Positions 1 to 8,696 of a stretch of 59,432 nt of DNA are shown in pieces (position 1 is the first letter of the stretch; each line of letters begins with the position of its first letter). The position numbers and the translations under genes were made by a program. The notes beneath the pieces were generated by a model. The model ran no database searches and was not told the DNA's origin. It saw only the letters and a program-made list of their open reading frames with translations. This DNA is from a virus (taxonomy: Duplodnaviria; Caudoviricetes): positions 1 to 59,432 of the IMG/VR virus record IMGVR_UViG_3300010371_000005; one strand, written 5' to 3'.

Positions 1-123
1 CCTGCACCGGTTCGGTGCAGGGCCTGTTCTATGTCCTGCGCTCAGCGCACTTTCGGCGCCGAGGTTACGGGCTCGACCTGCGGCCTGATGCCGGCCAGGG
101 CGAATCCCGCCAGGATCACCGCC
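1..123. repeat. Terminal direct repeat (copy 1), circular contig overlap
   Basis: Identical to 59310-59432; the repeat cuts through a terminator and the holin 3' end. Confidence 0.95.
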
Positions 124-380
124 ATCACACCGCCGATCACCGCGTCCGACAGGTGCAGCCCGTACTCCGCGAACAGGGCGGCCACCGCCACGAACGCCGC
201 GGTGAACAGCGCCGGTGCGATCGGGCGGGTGGTGACCGCGATCAGCACACCGGCGAACGCCGCGGTGAGCGCCGCCGCCTGCCCGGCGTTGAGAAAGTCC
301 ACGTTCATGGCGGCAACGGCGGTGAGCACCGCACCCGCGAGACCAACCCAGAGTGAGGGCTCACGCCCGAAAATCTGCAC
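42..380 (-). CDS. Holin-like membrane protein
   Basis: 112 aa, about four hydrophobic segments, GREP start motif, directly downstream of the endolysin. Confidence 0.75.
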   Translation of the reverse strand: MQIFGREPSLWVGLAGAVLTAVAAMNVDFLNAGQAAALTAAFAGVLIAVTTRPIAPALFTAAFVAVAALFAEYGLHLSDAVIGGVMAVILAGFALAGIRPQVEPVTSAPKVR

Positions 381-397
381 GATGTTCCTCTTTCCTT

Positions 398-1264
398 TCA
401 GCTCGAAGCCCGCGCGAGGCGAGCCATGATCTCGGCCACGACCTGCTGGGCCAGCGCGGCGGGCAGGGCGGCGACCACGGCCTGTGCGATCTCCGCCGCC
501 TCAGCCTGCTGCAGCTGCCCCAGCAGCCCCTGTACCTGGCCGAGACGCTGGGTGATCAGCGCATCGTTCGCGTTGAGCTGCTTGACCGCCTCACTGACGG
601 CCAGGTCGGTGCGGCGGCGGGTCTCCATGTGCTGGCCGTCCAGCCATCCCAGCCACACCTTGAGCGGCAGGAACCGGCCCTTGGTGGTTCCGTCCTCGAT
701 CTGCAGGTTGCCCACCGCGGCAGCTGCCGCCGCGGCGATCTTCGCGATCTCGGCATCGGTGATCGGCATGTCATCCTCCCTGATCTCGGCGATGCCGAGT
801 CGTCCCGTCCTGTTGTCCGCGGCCTGGCTCCAGCCGCCGGAGAAGTGCGCGTGCTTGTCGTGCGGATTCGAGCCGGTGTAGACCCGGCTCGCCCATCCCG
901 TGTTCACGTGCCAGATGTACGACACCGAGCCACCGGCCGGCCGATAGATGATGTAGCGGAACGGCTGAGACTTCCCCCAGCGCTCGGCGCGCATCCCCTC
1001 GATCAGCCACCGGATGAGCACCAGCATCCAGTCGGTCTTGCTCCCCGGCACCAGGTCGCGATCGATGTCGACCGCTCGCACCTCGTCCAGCGCGTCCCCG
1101 TCCTTGAACTCCGCCTTACCGGTGCGGTCGGGATTGTGCCCGCTCGACCCCGTCTGGTGCGCCAGGTCACCCACCGACCCGTCCGTGCTCTTGTCCCGGC
1201 CGGGAAACACCTCGTTGAGTTCCCCACGGAACGCGCTCAGCCCCGACGTCAGTACCCAGGCCAT
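398..1264 (-). CDS. Endolysin (Zn peptidase-like N-terminal domain)
   Basis: PGRDKSTDGSVGD..H..SSGHNPD, RAVDID and NPHDKHAHFS motifs typical of actinophage lysins; adjacent to holin. Confidence 0.8.
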   Translation of the reverse strand: MAWVLTSGLSAFRGELNEVFPGRDKSTDGSVGDLAHQTGSSGHNPDRTGKAEFKDGDALDEVRAVDIDRDLVPGSKTDWMLVLIRWLIEGMRAERWGKSQPFRYIIYRPAGGSVSYIWHVNTGWASRVYTGSNPHDKHAHFSGGWSQAADNRTGRLGIAEIREDDMPITDAEIAKIAAAAAAAVGNLQIEDGTTKGRFLPLKVWLGWLDGQHMETRRRTDLAVSEAVKQLNANDALITQRLGQVQGLLGQLQQAEAAEIAQAVVAALPAALAQQVVAEIMARLARASS

Positions 1265-1413
1265 GTGTCCCTCGGATCCTCGATCGGCTGCGACTCCCCG
1301 AACCAGAGCGGCCAGTCAGGCGGCGCGCTCTGGTCGTCCCACGGGTCGGGCACCTCCTGGCCGATGTGCGCTTCGGGGTCCTCGTCCGGCGCCGCCTCGT
1401 GCGGTCCTGTCAT
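1249..1413 (-). CDS. Small acidic hypothetical protein (54 aa, not in ORF track)
   Basis: MTGPHEAAPDEDPEAHIG...WPGY; GGAAGG RBS; overlaps the lysin start. Confidence 0.55.
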   Translation of the reverse strand: MTGPHEAAPDEDPEAHIGQEVPDPWDDQSAPPDWPLWFGESQPIEDPRDTWPGY

Positions 1414-1444
1414 GTGTCACCCCACCTTCCCCTCGGTGGACAGC

Positions 1445-1630
1445 CTACCGCCTGCTCCGCCTCGTGCGCGCTGCTCGCCGGGCCATACGGCTGCGCTGCC
1501 CGTGCGTCACGCCGGCGTTCGAGATCGCCGCAGCCTTGCTCTTGCTCATCCCCTTGCGCCGCAGCGCGCGATACACGTTCTGCCGAGACTTCCGGACGTA
1601 CCCGTACCGCCCGCCCCTGTCGCTGACCAC
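1445..1630 (-). CDS. Small basic protein
   Basis: GTG start with GGAGG RBS; VYRALRRKGMSKSKAAAISN motif; Arg-rich. Confidence 0.65.
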   Translation of the reverse strand: MVSDRGGRYGYVRKSRQNVYRALRRKGMSKSKAAAISNAGVTHGQRSRMARRAARTRRSRR

Positions 1631-1736
1631 CGCGCCACCTCCGGTTGACAGATACCCACTCAGGTACGATGAAGGCCCCGCGCAGTTGCTGCTGCCGGGG
1701 CCGTTGAGCACCACCCGACACCGAAAGGGCGGCACT

Positions 1737-2426
1737 ATGTCCAATGCTCTCACATCTTTTGACTTCGAAGGCAGTGACCTTCGATTCGGAACCACCGACG
1801 CCGACGTGCCTTACGTTGTGGCGTCGGATTTCGGCAAGGCTCTCGGCTACCGGGACGCGCGTGACGCAACGCGACTGCTGGATGACGCAGAAAAGGGTAC
1901 GCAGATCGTGCGTACCCCAGGCGGACCTCAGGAAATGTCCGTCATCTACGAGGACGGCATCTGGGAGTTGGTCTTCCGGAGCACGCTACCGGGCGCGAAG
2001 GTTCTGAAATCTCGGGTGAAGGAGATCCTCCGAGAGATCCGCAAGACCGGGCAGTACGCGCCAGCGCCGATGTCGGCTCTGGATGCCCTGGCCGCGTCGG
2101 TCGCGCTGCTGCAGGAGCAAGAGCGGCGCACCCTGGCCATCGAGGCACAGCAGGCCCAGATCAGCGCGCGGCAGGCCGCGATCGAGCAGCGCACCGAGGT
2201 TCTGGAAGAGAACCATGATCGGGTCGCCGCGATCGGGTACGCGAGCCTGCGCAAGATCCGAACGGACGTGCACTTCCTTAACCGGCTCGGGCGCCGCGCG
2301 TCGCAGATCGCCAAGCGAGACAGCATCGAGATCAGCAAGGTGCACAGCGCGATCTGGGGCGAGGTGAACGCCTGGCCGATCGAGGTCTGGGACGAGGCTC
2401 TGGAGTACATCTCCACACGATTCTGA
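1737..2426 (+). CDS. BRO-N domain antirepressor-like protein
   Basis: ATG 1737 with GAAAGG RBS; LDDAEKGTQIVRTPGGPQEMSVIYEDGIWELVFRS BRO-N signature followed by a coiled coil. Confidence 0.85.
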   Translation: MSNALTSFDFEGSDLRFGTTDADVPYVVASDFGKALGYRDARDATRLLDDAEKGTQIVRTPGGPQEMSVIYEDGIWELVFRSTLPGAKVLKSRVKEILREIRKTGQYAPAPMSALDALAASVALLQEQERRTLAIEAQQAQISARQAAIEQRTEVLEENHDRVAAIGYASLRKIRTDVHFLNRLGRRASQIAKRDSIEISKVHSAIWGEVNAWPIEVWDEALEYISTRF

Positions 2427-2438
2427 CCCCGGACATGA

Positions 2439-2471
2439 AGAACCCCCTCACGCCCACCGTGAGGGGGTTCT
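2439..2471. terminator. Bidirectional terminator
   Basis: AGAACCCCCTCACG / CGTGAGGGGGTTCT inverted repeat between convergent genes. Confidence 0.8.
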
Positions 2472-2473
2472 GG

Positions 2474-2737
2474 CTACTCGGACAGCTGCCAGCGAAAGCC
2501 GTTCTCGTCCACGCCGTCCCGCCCGACCCGCATGCACTGGTAGCACTGGTGATCACCGCGATGCCGCGCCCGCCTGTCGCAACCGTGCGACCCCCAGCAG
2601 GTGCGGCACCGGCTCCCCGACGTGGCCGGCGCGGCAGGTATCGCCTCATCGAGCGCCCGCCCACCTACCACGACCCGCGTCAGGTGGACATAGCGCTTCG
2701 CATACCGCATCCACCTGGCCGCCCTACTACGCGACAT
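2474..2737 (-). CDS. Hypothetical Cys-rich basic protein
   Basis: ORF overlapping the upstream gene; CxxC motifs. Confidence 0.5.
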   Translation of the reverse strand: MSRSRAARWMRYAKRYVHLTRVVVGGRALDEAIPAAPATSGSRCRTCWGSHGCDRRARHRGDHQCYQCMRVGRDGVDENGFRWQLSE

Positions 2738-2969
2738 CCCCGTACCAGATCCACGCTCGCACCGCACCGCGCACGCCGTCCTTGCACGGGTACCACTTGC
2801 GGTCGCGCATGTTCTCCGCCACCCACCCGTCCACCGGCACCTGCGTGCGCAGAATCGCCTGCGCCGCCACCGCGTGCCTCTTCACGTCGGCCAGGTGCTC
2901 ATCCCACCCCTTGCACGGGGCCTCACCCTGATGCGTGCCCTGCGGAACGAACGTCCACCACCGCGCCAT
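2727..2969 (-). CDS. Hypothetical protein
   Basis: MARWWTFVPQ start coupled to the upstream stop, GAGG RBS. Confidence 0.55.
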   Translation of the reverse strand: MARWWTFVPQGTHQGEAPCKGWDEHLADVKRHAVAAQAILRTQVPVDGWVAENMRDRKWYPCKDGVRGAVRAWIWYGDVA

Positions 2970-3328
2970 CACTTCACCTCGTGAATCGGGTCGGACTCCA
3001 GTCGCTCGCAGCCATACCGCCACGTTCCGCCCACCTTGCACACCTTCGTGGCGAACGGGTCGTCACGGACCTTAGGATCGATCTCGAACGGGTGCGGGAA
3101 GTCCTTACGGAATTCACCCGGCGTGGCTTCGATGGGATCCACCCCCAGCGCCACAGCGACCTCGCGGAGACCGTGCACGTCCTCGGTGCCCAGGAACCCG
3201 CTCCCAAAGTCCATCGAGTGCACGAGCGCATCGAAGACGATCTGCACCGCCAGCTTCGGAACCTCGATCTTCTCACTGAAATCCGGCGTCACGTTCAGCG
3301 CGGCCGGATCCATTCCGTCATCCGTCAT
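2969..3328 (-). CDS. Hypothetical protein (leaderless)
   Basis: ATG 6 nt downstream of a TAAAGT -10 box. Confidence 0.65.
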   Translation of the reverse strand: MTDDGMDPAALNVTPDFSEKIEVPKLAVQIVFDALVHSMDFGSGFLGTEDVHGLREVAVALGVDPIEATPGEFRKDFPHPFEIDPKVRDDPFATKVCKVGGTWRYGCERLESDPIHEVK

Positions 3329-3334
3329 GCCACA

Positions 3335-3364
3335 ACTTTACAGCGATGTCGGGGAAGTTGTCAA
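3335..3364 (-). promoter_or_regulatory. Family A promoter
   Basis: TTGACA-ACTTCCCCGACATCGCTG-TAAAGT on the minus strand. Confidence 0.8.
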
Positions 3365-4839
3365 CGCCCCGCGAACCCGCTCAGTCCCGTGGACGGCATC
3401 ATGCCCTGCGGCTCGGCGTAGTTTTGGCCGCCGCCGCGGTGCCTGTCCGGCCAGAACGACATCACCACGCTGTCGCCGGCGTCGGGGGAGCGGCCGAGCA
3501 GCTTCACGACCTCGTCCTTCGGGGTGATCTTGATCTTCGGCGGCAGGCCGGAGGCCACGTCCCATTTCGGAGTGGTCAGATCGGAGATCATCAGATCGTC
3601 AGGCGGCAGCGCCACGGTCGGATTGTTCGCGGGATCCAGCAACTCGCGAAGATTGAAATAAGCCGCAGATCGGACATTTGAAAATCCATACTTTCCTGAC
3701 GCGTCCCTGGTGGTCGCCCGCTCCGACCCGACGTACCCGATCGGCCGCGCCCCCGTCTCCCGCAGGCGGTCGTACACGCCGGCACCGACACCGATCGCGT
3801 CCACGATCGCCCGCTCCCCGAAGCCCTGCGCCACCGCGGCCACGCTCATCGTGTCGCGCACCCGGTTCTTGCTCAGGTGCACCACCGGCCCGTCACGATG
3901 GGAGAACACCGTCTCGTCACCACCGCGGCCCACGTCCACCCCCGTCCAGCGCGGCCCGCCCATTCCTGGCCGTCCCGCCCTGTCCCAGACGTGCCACCGC
4001 TCGATGGCCTGCTCCAGCCACGTCAGCGGGATGACCGAGTCTTCATCGCTGGCGTGGAACTCGCCGCGGACGCGGTTCTGGTAGATCGCCGAGTCCTCCC
4101 CCCACTGCTGACGGCGCTGCTCCGCCCATGCACGAGACACCCGGCCGGAGGCGATCGTCTCTTCCAAGTTGATGTGCCTGACCCACCAGTCTTCGTACCC
4201 TGGTGCCCGCCTATGGATGTCGTAGAAACGGCCAGACGGGGGGCCGGGCGTGCTCATGGCGAACGCGTACGCGTTGTCACGCGTGTCGGGACCGGCGTTG
4301 GAGAACGCACCCTCGATGGAGTCCCAGGTCTCCGGCTGGATGATCTTGGCCTCGTCCAGGACGTACAGCAACTCTTCGGCGTGCGCCCCCTCGATGCGCT
4401 CCGGCTGGTTGCTCGCCACCGGCGTGGCCGCCCCGTGCTGCAGCTTGAGTCGCAGGTCCAGCAGCTCGACGTTCGGCTTGAACGCCGGTCGGCCGAGCAT
4501 CTCGAAATCGAGACGGCCGGCCCATTTCTTGATCTCCGGCCAGAGGTACACCTCAAGATGCCGCCAGGCTGAAGCCGTGGTGATCACCTTCCAGTCCTTA
4601 CCAGCCAGTTCACGCGTGGTGGCGAACCACAGGACGATCAGCGAGCCCATGTACGACTTGCCAGCGCCGTGGAGACTGCGTACGCAGACCCGGCGCTTGA
4701 GCGGGACGGCGTCCAAGATCTCGCGCTGATACGGGGCGAGCTTCGTCTTGACGCAATCGTCGGCCCAGTTGGCAGGCGAGTTCCACCAGCGGTCCAGGCG
4801 GCCACGGCTGAGGATCTTGGAAGCGAGGTCGATCTTCAC
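3361..4839 (-). CDS. terL: Terminase large subunit
   Basis: Walker A SLHGAGKS, Walker B YVLDEA, nuclease motifs GVDVGRGGDET and RSPDAGDS. Confidence 0.95.
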   Translation of the reverse strand: MKIDLASKILSRGRLDRWWNSPANWADDCVKTKLAPYQREILDAVPLKRRVCVRSLHGAGKSYMGSLIVLWFATTRELAGKDWKVITTASAWRHLEVYLWPEIKKWAGRLDFEMLGRPAFKPNVELLDLRLKLQHGAATPVASNQPERIEGAHAEELLYVLDEAKIIQPETWDSIEGAFSNAGPDTRDNAYAFAMSTPGPPSGRFYDIHRRAPGYEDWWVRHINLEETIASGRVSRAWAEQRRQQWGEDSAIYQNRVRGEFHASDEDSVIPLTWLEQAIERWHVWDRAGRPGMGGPRWTGVDVGRGGDETVFSHRDGPVVHLSKNRVRDTMSVAAVAQGFGERAIVDAIGVGAGVYDRLRETGARPIGYVGSERATTRDASGKYGFSNVRSAAYFNLRELLDPANNPTVALPPDDLMISDLTTPKWDVASGLPPKIKITPKDEVVKLLGRSPDAGDSVVMSFWPDRHRGGGQNYAEPQGMMPSTGLSGFAGR

Positions 4840-5063
4840 CCGGTCACCCCGCGGGTCATCATCCGCCGGAACTGCGCCACGGCCTGCGCCGCCGATATCC
4901 GCGCGTTCTCGGCGTACTTGCGATTGAGACGCATGCGCACCGATTCCGGCCCGGCGTTGCGAGTACGAACCAGGGCGGGGCGCCAGTGCTCACACCCCAC
5001 CACCCAGGTCACGTAGTCCCCGCACGCCCCGCACGGGCGGTATCCCTGGCCGACCGGATTCAC
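4836..5063 (-). CDS. Small Zn-binding hypothetical protein
   Basis: CGAC..CEH motif; 4-bp overlaps on both sides. Confidence 0.6.
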   Translation of the reverse strand: MNPVGQGYRPCGACGDYVTWVVGCEHWRPALVRTRNAGPESVRMRLNRKYAENARISAAQAVAQFRRMMTRGVTG

Positions 5064-5809
5064 AGGACTTCGCCATCCACGGTGCTCATGTCGATCGAAC
5101 CCAGGTAGCGCTCCACCAGCTGTGGCACCAGTGCCTGCTGTTCGGGCGTGAGGCCGAGTTCGTCGATCATGTTGGCCACGCGGGTGGCGACCACCCCCGA
5201 CCAGCGCTCGGCCTGCTCGATCATCCGGTCGCTGATGCCCATGTCATGGGCGACCTTGGCGTACTTGACCACCCGGTCGCGCTCGGTGCCCTCCAACACG
5301 ACCAGCGCCCTGATCGCCTCACCGGTCGCGTAGATCGTGCCGTCCTTACCGGCGGCGGCGTACTGGTGCCCGATCAGGCCTGCGGTGCTGAGTTCGTTCA
5401 TGTGCGCCACCGAGGTCGACACCGCCGGACCCGCGGGGTTCGCGTAGGGGTCGGGGTTGTGCTGCGGCTCGCCGCGCTCCACCTGGCGCTGCAGCAGTTC
5501 GGCGTACGCCGCCGCCCGCAGCCAGGACATCTGCAGCATGCCGAGCACCGCCCTGCCGGGATCGATGGTCGGTGCCCCGTTCGCGATCACGCTCCACGCG
5601 TTCACGGTCGCCTCCCCGATCGTTCGCGCCATCTCCGTACTCATGCCGGGATGCAACTCGCACTTGCTCGTGCCGTTGATGGCGTTCTTGTGGCAGTCCC
5701 CGCCCTGGCGGCGCCGGCTCGTGCACTCCAGTCGCTGGTGCTTCTCACACCAGCGGGCGCGGCCAGGGTTGAAGTCCTTGCTCAGGCCCAGCCTGACCGT
5801 CTCTTTCAT
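5060..5809 (-). CDS. Probable terminase small subunit
   Basis: Upstream of terL; N-terminal Cys/His cluster (C..C..CELHPG) then helical region; likely leaderless start at 5809. Confidence 0.6.
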   Translation of the reverse strand: MKETVRLGLSKDFNPGRARWCEKHQRLECTSRRRQGGDCHKNAINGTSKCELHPGMSTEMARTIGEATVNAWSVIANGAPTIDPGRAVLGMLQMSWLRAAAYAELLQRQVERGEPQHNPDPYANPAGPAVSTSVAHMNELSTAGLIGHQYAAAGKDGTIYATGEAIRALVVLEGTERDRVVKYAKVAHDMGISDRMIEQAERWSGVVATRVANMIDELGLTPEQQALVPQLVERYLGSIDMSTVDGEVL

Positions 5810-5864
5810 GATGTCCACTCTACCCAGCACGCCAGGACATCACGAGCGCAGGGCGGACACGAAA

Positions 5865-5894
5865 CAGCCCCGCGGTCTTTGGACCGCGGGGCTG
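5865..5894 (-). terminator. Terminator
   Basis: CAGCCCCGCGGTC / GACCGCGGGGCTG stem followed by TTT on the minus strand. Confidence 0.75.
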
Positions 5895-5940
5895 CTCACG
5901 GGGAAGGGATCGGACGCGAACCGAAGCCTCGTCACCGATG

Positions 5941-6312
5941 CTACTCGATGTCGAACTCGCCGGCCTTCACCCCGGCCACGAACGCCGCCCATTCGTCGCG
6001 GCTGAAAACGGGCGGCAGGTAGTCCGGGTGTTTGCTGTTGCGCACGTAGACCTCCCCGTACATCTCGATCGCCTCGACGCAGTTGTTGCCGCCCGACCCG
6101 TTGCTGAAGCTGGACTTCGTCCAGGTGTTGAGCTTGCTCATCGTCGCACCTTTCCCTTCCATGTACCTCAGGATCAGGTAGCTGCTCACCGAGCAGGCCA
6201 GGAAGGCGCACAGCGCGCCCGGCCAGACGTGCTGCGTCTCGATGGCCAGCGACAGGGCCACACTCAGCGCGGCGGCGATCAGCCCGCAGATCAGCGCCAG
6301 CGCGGCACGCAT
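5941..6312 (-). CDS. DUF397 protein with in-frame N-terminal two-TM segment (internal start 6141)
   Basis: WTKSSFS..GGNNCVE..VYVRNSK..FSRDEWAAFVAGVKAGEF is the DUF397 signature. Confidence 0.85.
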   Translation of the reverse strand: MRAALALICGLIAAALSVALSLAIETQHVWPGALCAFLACSVSSYLILRYMEGKGATMSKLNTWTKSSFSNGSGGNNCVEAIEMYGEVYVRNSKHPDYLPPVFSRDEWAAFVAGVKAGEFDIE

Positions 6313-6827
6313 CACACCCGCCTCAGGTGCGCGCGCTGACCGGTGGTCAGGCGCATGGCGTAACGGTTGACGGCCTCGTTCATGACGTTCGCACCGGCCG
6401 AATGCCGCAGGCCGAGCTGATGCCCGATCTCGTGCACGAGCAGCCACGTGCGGTTCTTGCTCTTGCCGTAGTACCGGCCGTAGTCCCTGGCCGCACGCTG
6501 CGTGTCGATCGTGATCGTGGTCTGGCGCGAGCGCCCGATCGGGCCGGACACCTCACCGTCCTGGATCCGGATGCAGCGGTAGGCGGTCGCCGAGCACTTG
6601 CGCGAAACCACCTTCATCCTGCTGCCCACCCGCACGTCCATCCACTTCACGGCTGCGCGCACGTTCCACTTGTCGCCGGGGATCGCGTCCACCACCTCGA
6701 TCACCTTGACGCTCGTCGCGGTGGCGGGAACCCGCGACCAGTCCAGCGATCCAGCACTCGCCGGCCCGGCCGCACCCATCGACAGCAGCACACCCAGCGC
6801 GACGGCCGGCACACCCCAGGCCTTCAC
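6312..6827 (-). CDS. Secreted metzincin-type Zn metallopeptidase
   Basis: Signal peptide ending ASA; HEIGHQLGLRH zinc motif; Met-turn NVM. Confidence 0.8.
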   Translation of the reverse strand: MKAWGVPAVALGVLLSMGAAGPASAGSLDWSRVPATATSVKVIEVVDAIPGDKWNVRAAVKWMDVRVGSRMKVVSRKCSATAYRCIRIQDGEVSGPIGRSRQTTITIDTQRAARDYGRYYGKSKNRTWLLVHEIGHQLGLRHSAGANVMNEAVNRYAMRLTTGQRAHLRRV

Positions 6828-7081
6828 CCGATCACCTCGAATCCGGCCGCTTTCAGTACGAGGCGAGCGATCAACTCAGGCCCATCCGAGTCCACGTCAG
6901 CAGCCCCCGCAGCCTCGATGATCTCCGGCGTCAGCTTCACCTGCGTGGCGACCTCGACACAGTTACCCAATGCCCTTAGGAACGGGTGGCCGTTGCTGAG
7001 GCTGGACTCATCGGCGGCACCATCCCAGAACGCCTCACGCGCCCTCTCGCGCCGATCGGCAATCTCCGCGTCCTTGCTCAT
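6824..7081 (-). CDS. Hypothetical protein
   Basis: MSKDAE start with GAAGGGG RBS, downstream of a family A promoter. Confidence 0.6.
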   Translation of the reverse strand: MSKDAEIADRRERAREAFWDGAADESSLSNGHPFLRALGNCVEVATQVKLTPEIIEAAGAADVDSDGPELIARLVLKAAGFEVIG

Positions 7082-7116
7082 CCATCCCCCTTCATCTGCA
7101 CCATCTATCGGAGTGA

Positions 7117-7146
7117 ACCTTACAGGCATGCCAGAGAGGTTGTCAA
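7117..7146 (-). promoter_or_regulatory. Family A promoter
   Basis: TTGACA-ACCTCTCTGGCATGCCTG-TAAGGT. Confidence 0.8.
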
Positions 7147-7221
7147 CCGATGGTCCCGGCCCAGATCAGGCAGGCACCCAGGAACACCACCGAAGCACCG
7201 AAGAACATCGCAGCCCAGAAC

Positions 7222-7473
7222 TCAGCCCTGCGCATCGCCGGTCTCCAGCAGGATGGCACGGACCTTGTCGATCACTGCGTTCATGGCTTGCTTGTCGCCG
7301 GTGTTCTGCGCCCTGATCGTTCCGATGTTGTTGATCAAACGCCCGATGCTCAGCAGCTTGGTCAGTTCCGCCGGATCCCCGATGTCGCCCATCGCACCCA
7401 TGTCGCCCTCTCTCATTTTGATGCCGGCCCGGAAACGAAGCAGCGCCCCGTCGGCAAACGGGGCGCTGCTCAC
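7222..7473 (-). CDS. Hypothetical protein
   Basis: ORF in operon context with phage-like codon usage. Confidence 0.5.
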   Translation of the reverse strand: MSSAPFADGALLRFRAGIKMREGDMGAMGDIGDPAELTKLLSIGRLINNIGTIRAQNTGDKQAMNAVIDKVRAILLETGDAQG

Positions 7474-7485
7474 GATGCTGCCGGA

Positions 7486-8136
7486 TCAGGCGTTGTCGAT
7501 CCGGTATTCCTTGATCCACGAAGGGTTGCCGCCGAGGTTCTGCTTCTGACCGGCCCGCTTGACGGTCAGCCTCTTGCCCTCCAGATCCTTCGGGCCATTC
7601 AACGTGATGCCGCGCCGGCGCGCGTCCAGCATCGCCTCCCGGAAGATCTTGAGGTCGAACCCGCCGACCACCTCGACGCGGGTGCCGTCGTCGGTCTCAC
7701 CGAAGTTGGCGTCTCGGCCGGCGGCGACCGCCTCCTGCGGCTCCATTCGGTACGAGGTCTGCAGCGTCACGTGCGTGACCATGACCGGCCGGTTCGGTTT
7801 GCCTGTGGGCGCGTCGATCGAGTCGGTCGTGATCGGTCCGTTCTTCTTCTCGCCACCGACGCGGGACTCGCTCCAGAACTTCGGCGCTTTCGCGTTGAAG
7901 TCCCGATCCTGCTTGTCCTGCGTCTTGGTGATGATCCCGGACCGCTCGGTGCCGAGGAAGTGCGTCTTGTTGAACAGGGCCGGTGCGGCGCCACCCTCGC
8001 CGAACAGCAGCGAGGATCCCCCCGGGTCGGACTCGCCGTAACCGCCGGCGAGGTTGTCCGGCTCGGCGACCGGAGCGGATGCGGGGGTGCCTGCGGATTC
8101 GGCGGCCTGAGCGGCGGCGAACGGGTCAACAGCCAT
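7486..8136 (-). CDS. Probable single-stranded DNA-binding protein
   Basis: AGGAG RBS; OB-fold-like pattern (GIIT..Q.RDF..PKFW..VTLQT) near exonuclease and helicase genes. Confidence 0.6.
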   Translation of the reverse strand: MAVDPFAAAQAAESAGTPASAPVAEPDNLAGGYGESDPGGSSLLFGEGGAAPALFNKTHFLGTERSGIITKTQDKQDRDFNAKAPKFWSESRVGGEKKNGPITTDSIDAPTGKPNRPVMVTHVTLQTSYRMEPQEAVAAGRDANFGETDDGTRVEVVGGFDLKIFREAMLDARRRGITLNGPKDLEGKRLTVKRAGQKQNLGGNPSWIKEYRIDNA

Positions 8137-8252
8137 GCTGATGTGCTCCTAGGCTCTAGTGCGTGAGTGCTCTTGGTACTGGGTGCCCGTCTCTCCGGGC
8201 TGTCACGGGATTTTGGGGTTCCTGTCAACCTCAGTACGCGTACTGCCGTACG

Positions 8253-8333
8253 TGCCCCATCGTGGACTCGAACCACGATCACCGGTACTCGCTGCGCATC
8301 ACGAGTCCTAGCTGACAACTGCCTATCTGGGGC
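8253..8333 (-). ncRNA. tRNA-like element 1 in the SSB leader
   Basis: GCCCCA/TGGGGC-A acceptor stem, TCGTGG-TTCGAGT-CCACGA T-arm, ACTCG/CGAGT central stem with a non-canonical loop. Confidence 0.65.
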
Positions 8334-8469
8334 TTGGTGCTACCCGACCTGCATACGGGAATGATGCAGGTCGGGCAACCTGGCCACTATGCCAGGCTCG
8401 TCAGGTTCTACGTATTAGGAGGGTAGTACCTGCAACCCCGCCCCCTCTGGTCAGAACTCTATCTCATCG

Positions 8470-8489
8470 CCAGTCCTGATCGCAACTTA
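8470..8489. promoter_or_regulatory. Family B operator-like site
   Basis: CCAGTCC-TGATCG-CAACTTA, just upstream of a minus-strand TAGAGT -10 box at 8456-8461. Confidence 0.55.
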
Positions 8490-8696
8490 TGCTTCGGTGC
8501 CGTTCCCATTCACCTGTCGCTGACTCGTGAGGTGGAAGTACGGGCAGTACCGGCACCGGTAGAACGCGATCTCGACCTTGCGCTCGCGCTGCCGGAAGAC
8601 CGAGTCGGCGCTCTCGCGGATCCGCTGTAGGGTTCTCCTGGCCGCGTTCTCGGACGGGTAGTTGATCTTCCCGGTGCGGCGGCACACCTTGGCCAT
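8487..8696 (-). CDS. Small Zn-finger protein
   Basis: CRRTGKINY..YRCRYCPYFHLTS pattern. Confidence 0.7.
   Translation of the reverse strand: MAKVCRRTGKINYPSENAARRTLQRIRESADSVFRQRERKVEIAFYRCRYCPYFHLTSQRQVNGNGTEA

Noticed and set aside
1645-1670. TTGACA...TACGAT promoter for the antirepressor
   Set aside because: The spacing is only 14 nt. The -10 box may be real but the pair is not supportable.
8400-8455. Third origin-like copy (CTACGTA and CCCCCTCTG)
   Set aside because: Only short partial matches are present, without the AAGTTCC repeats.
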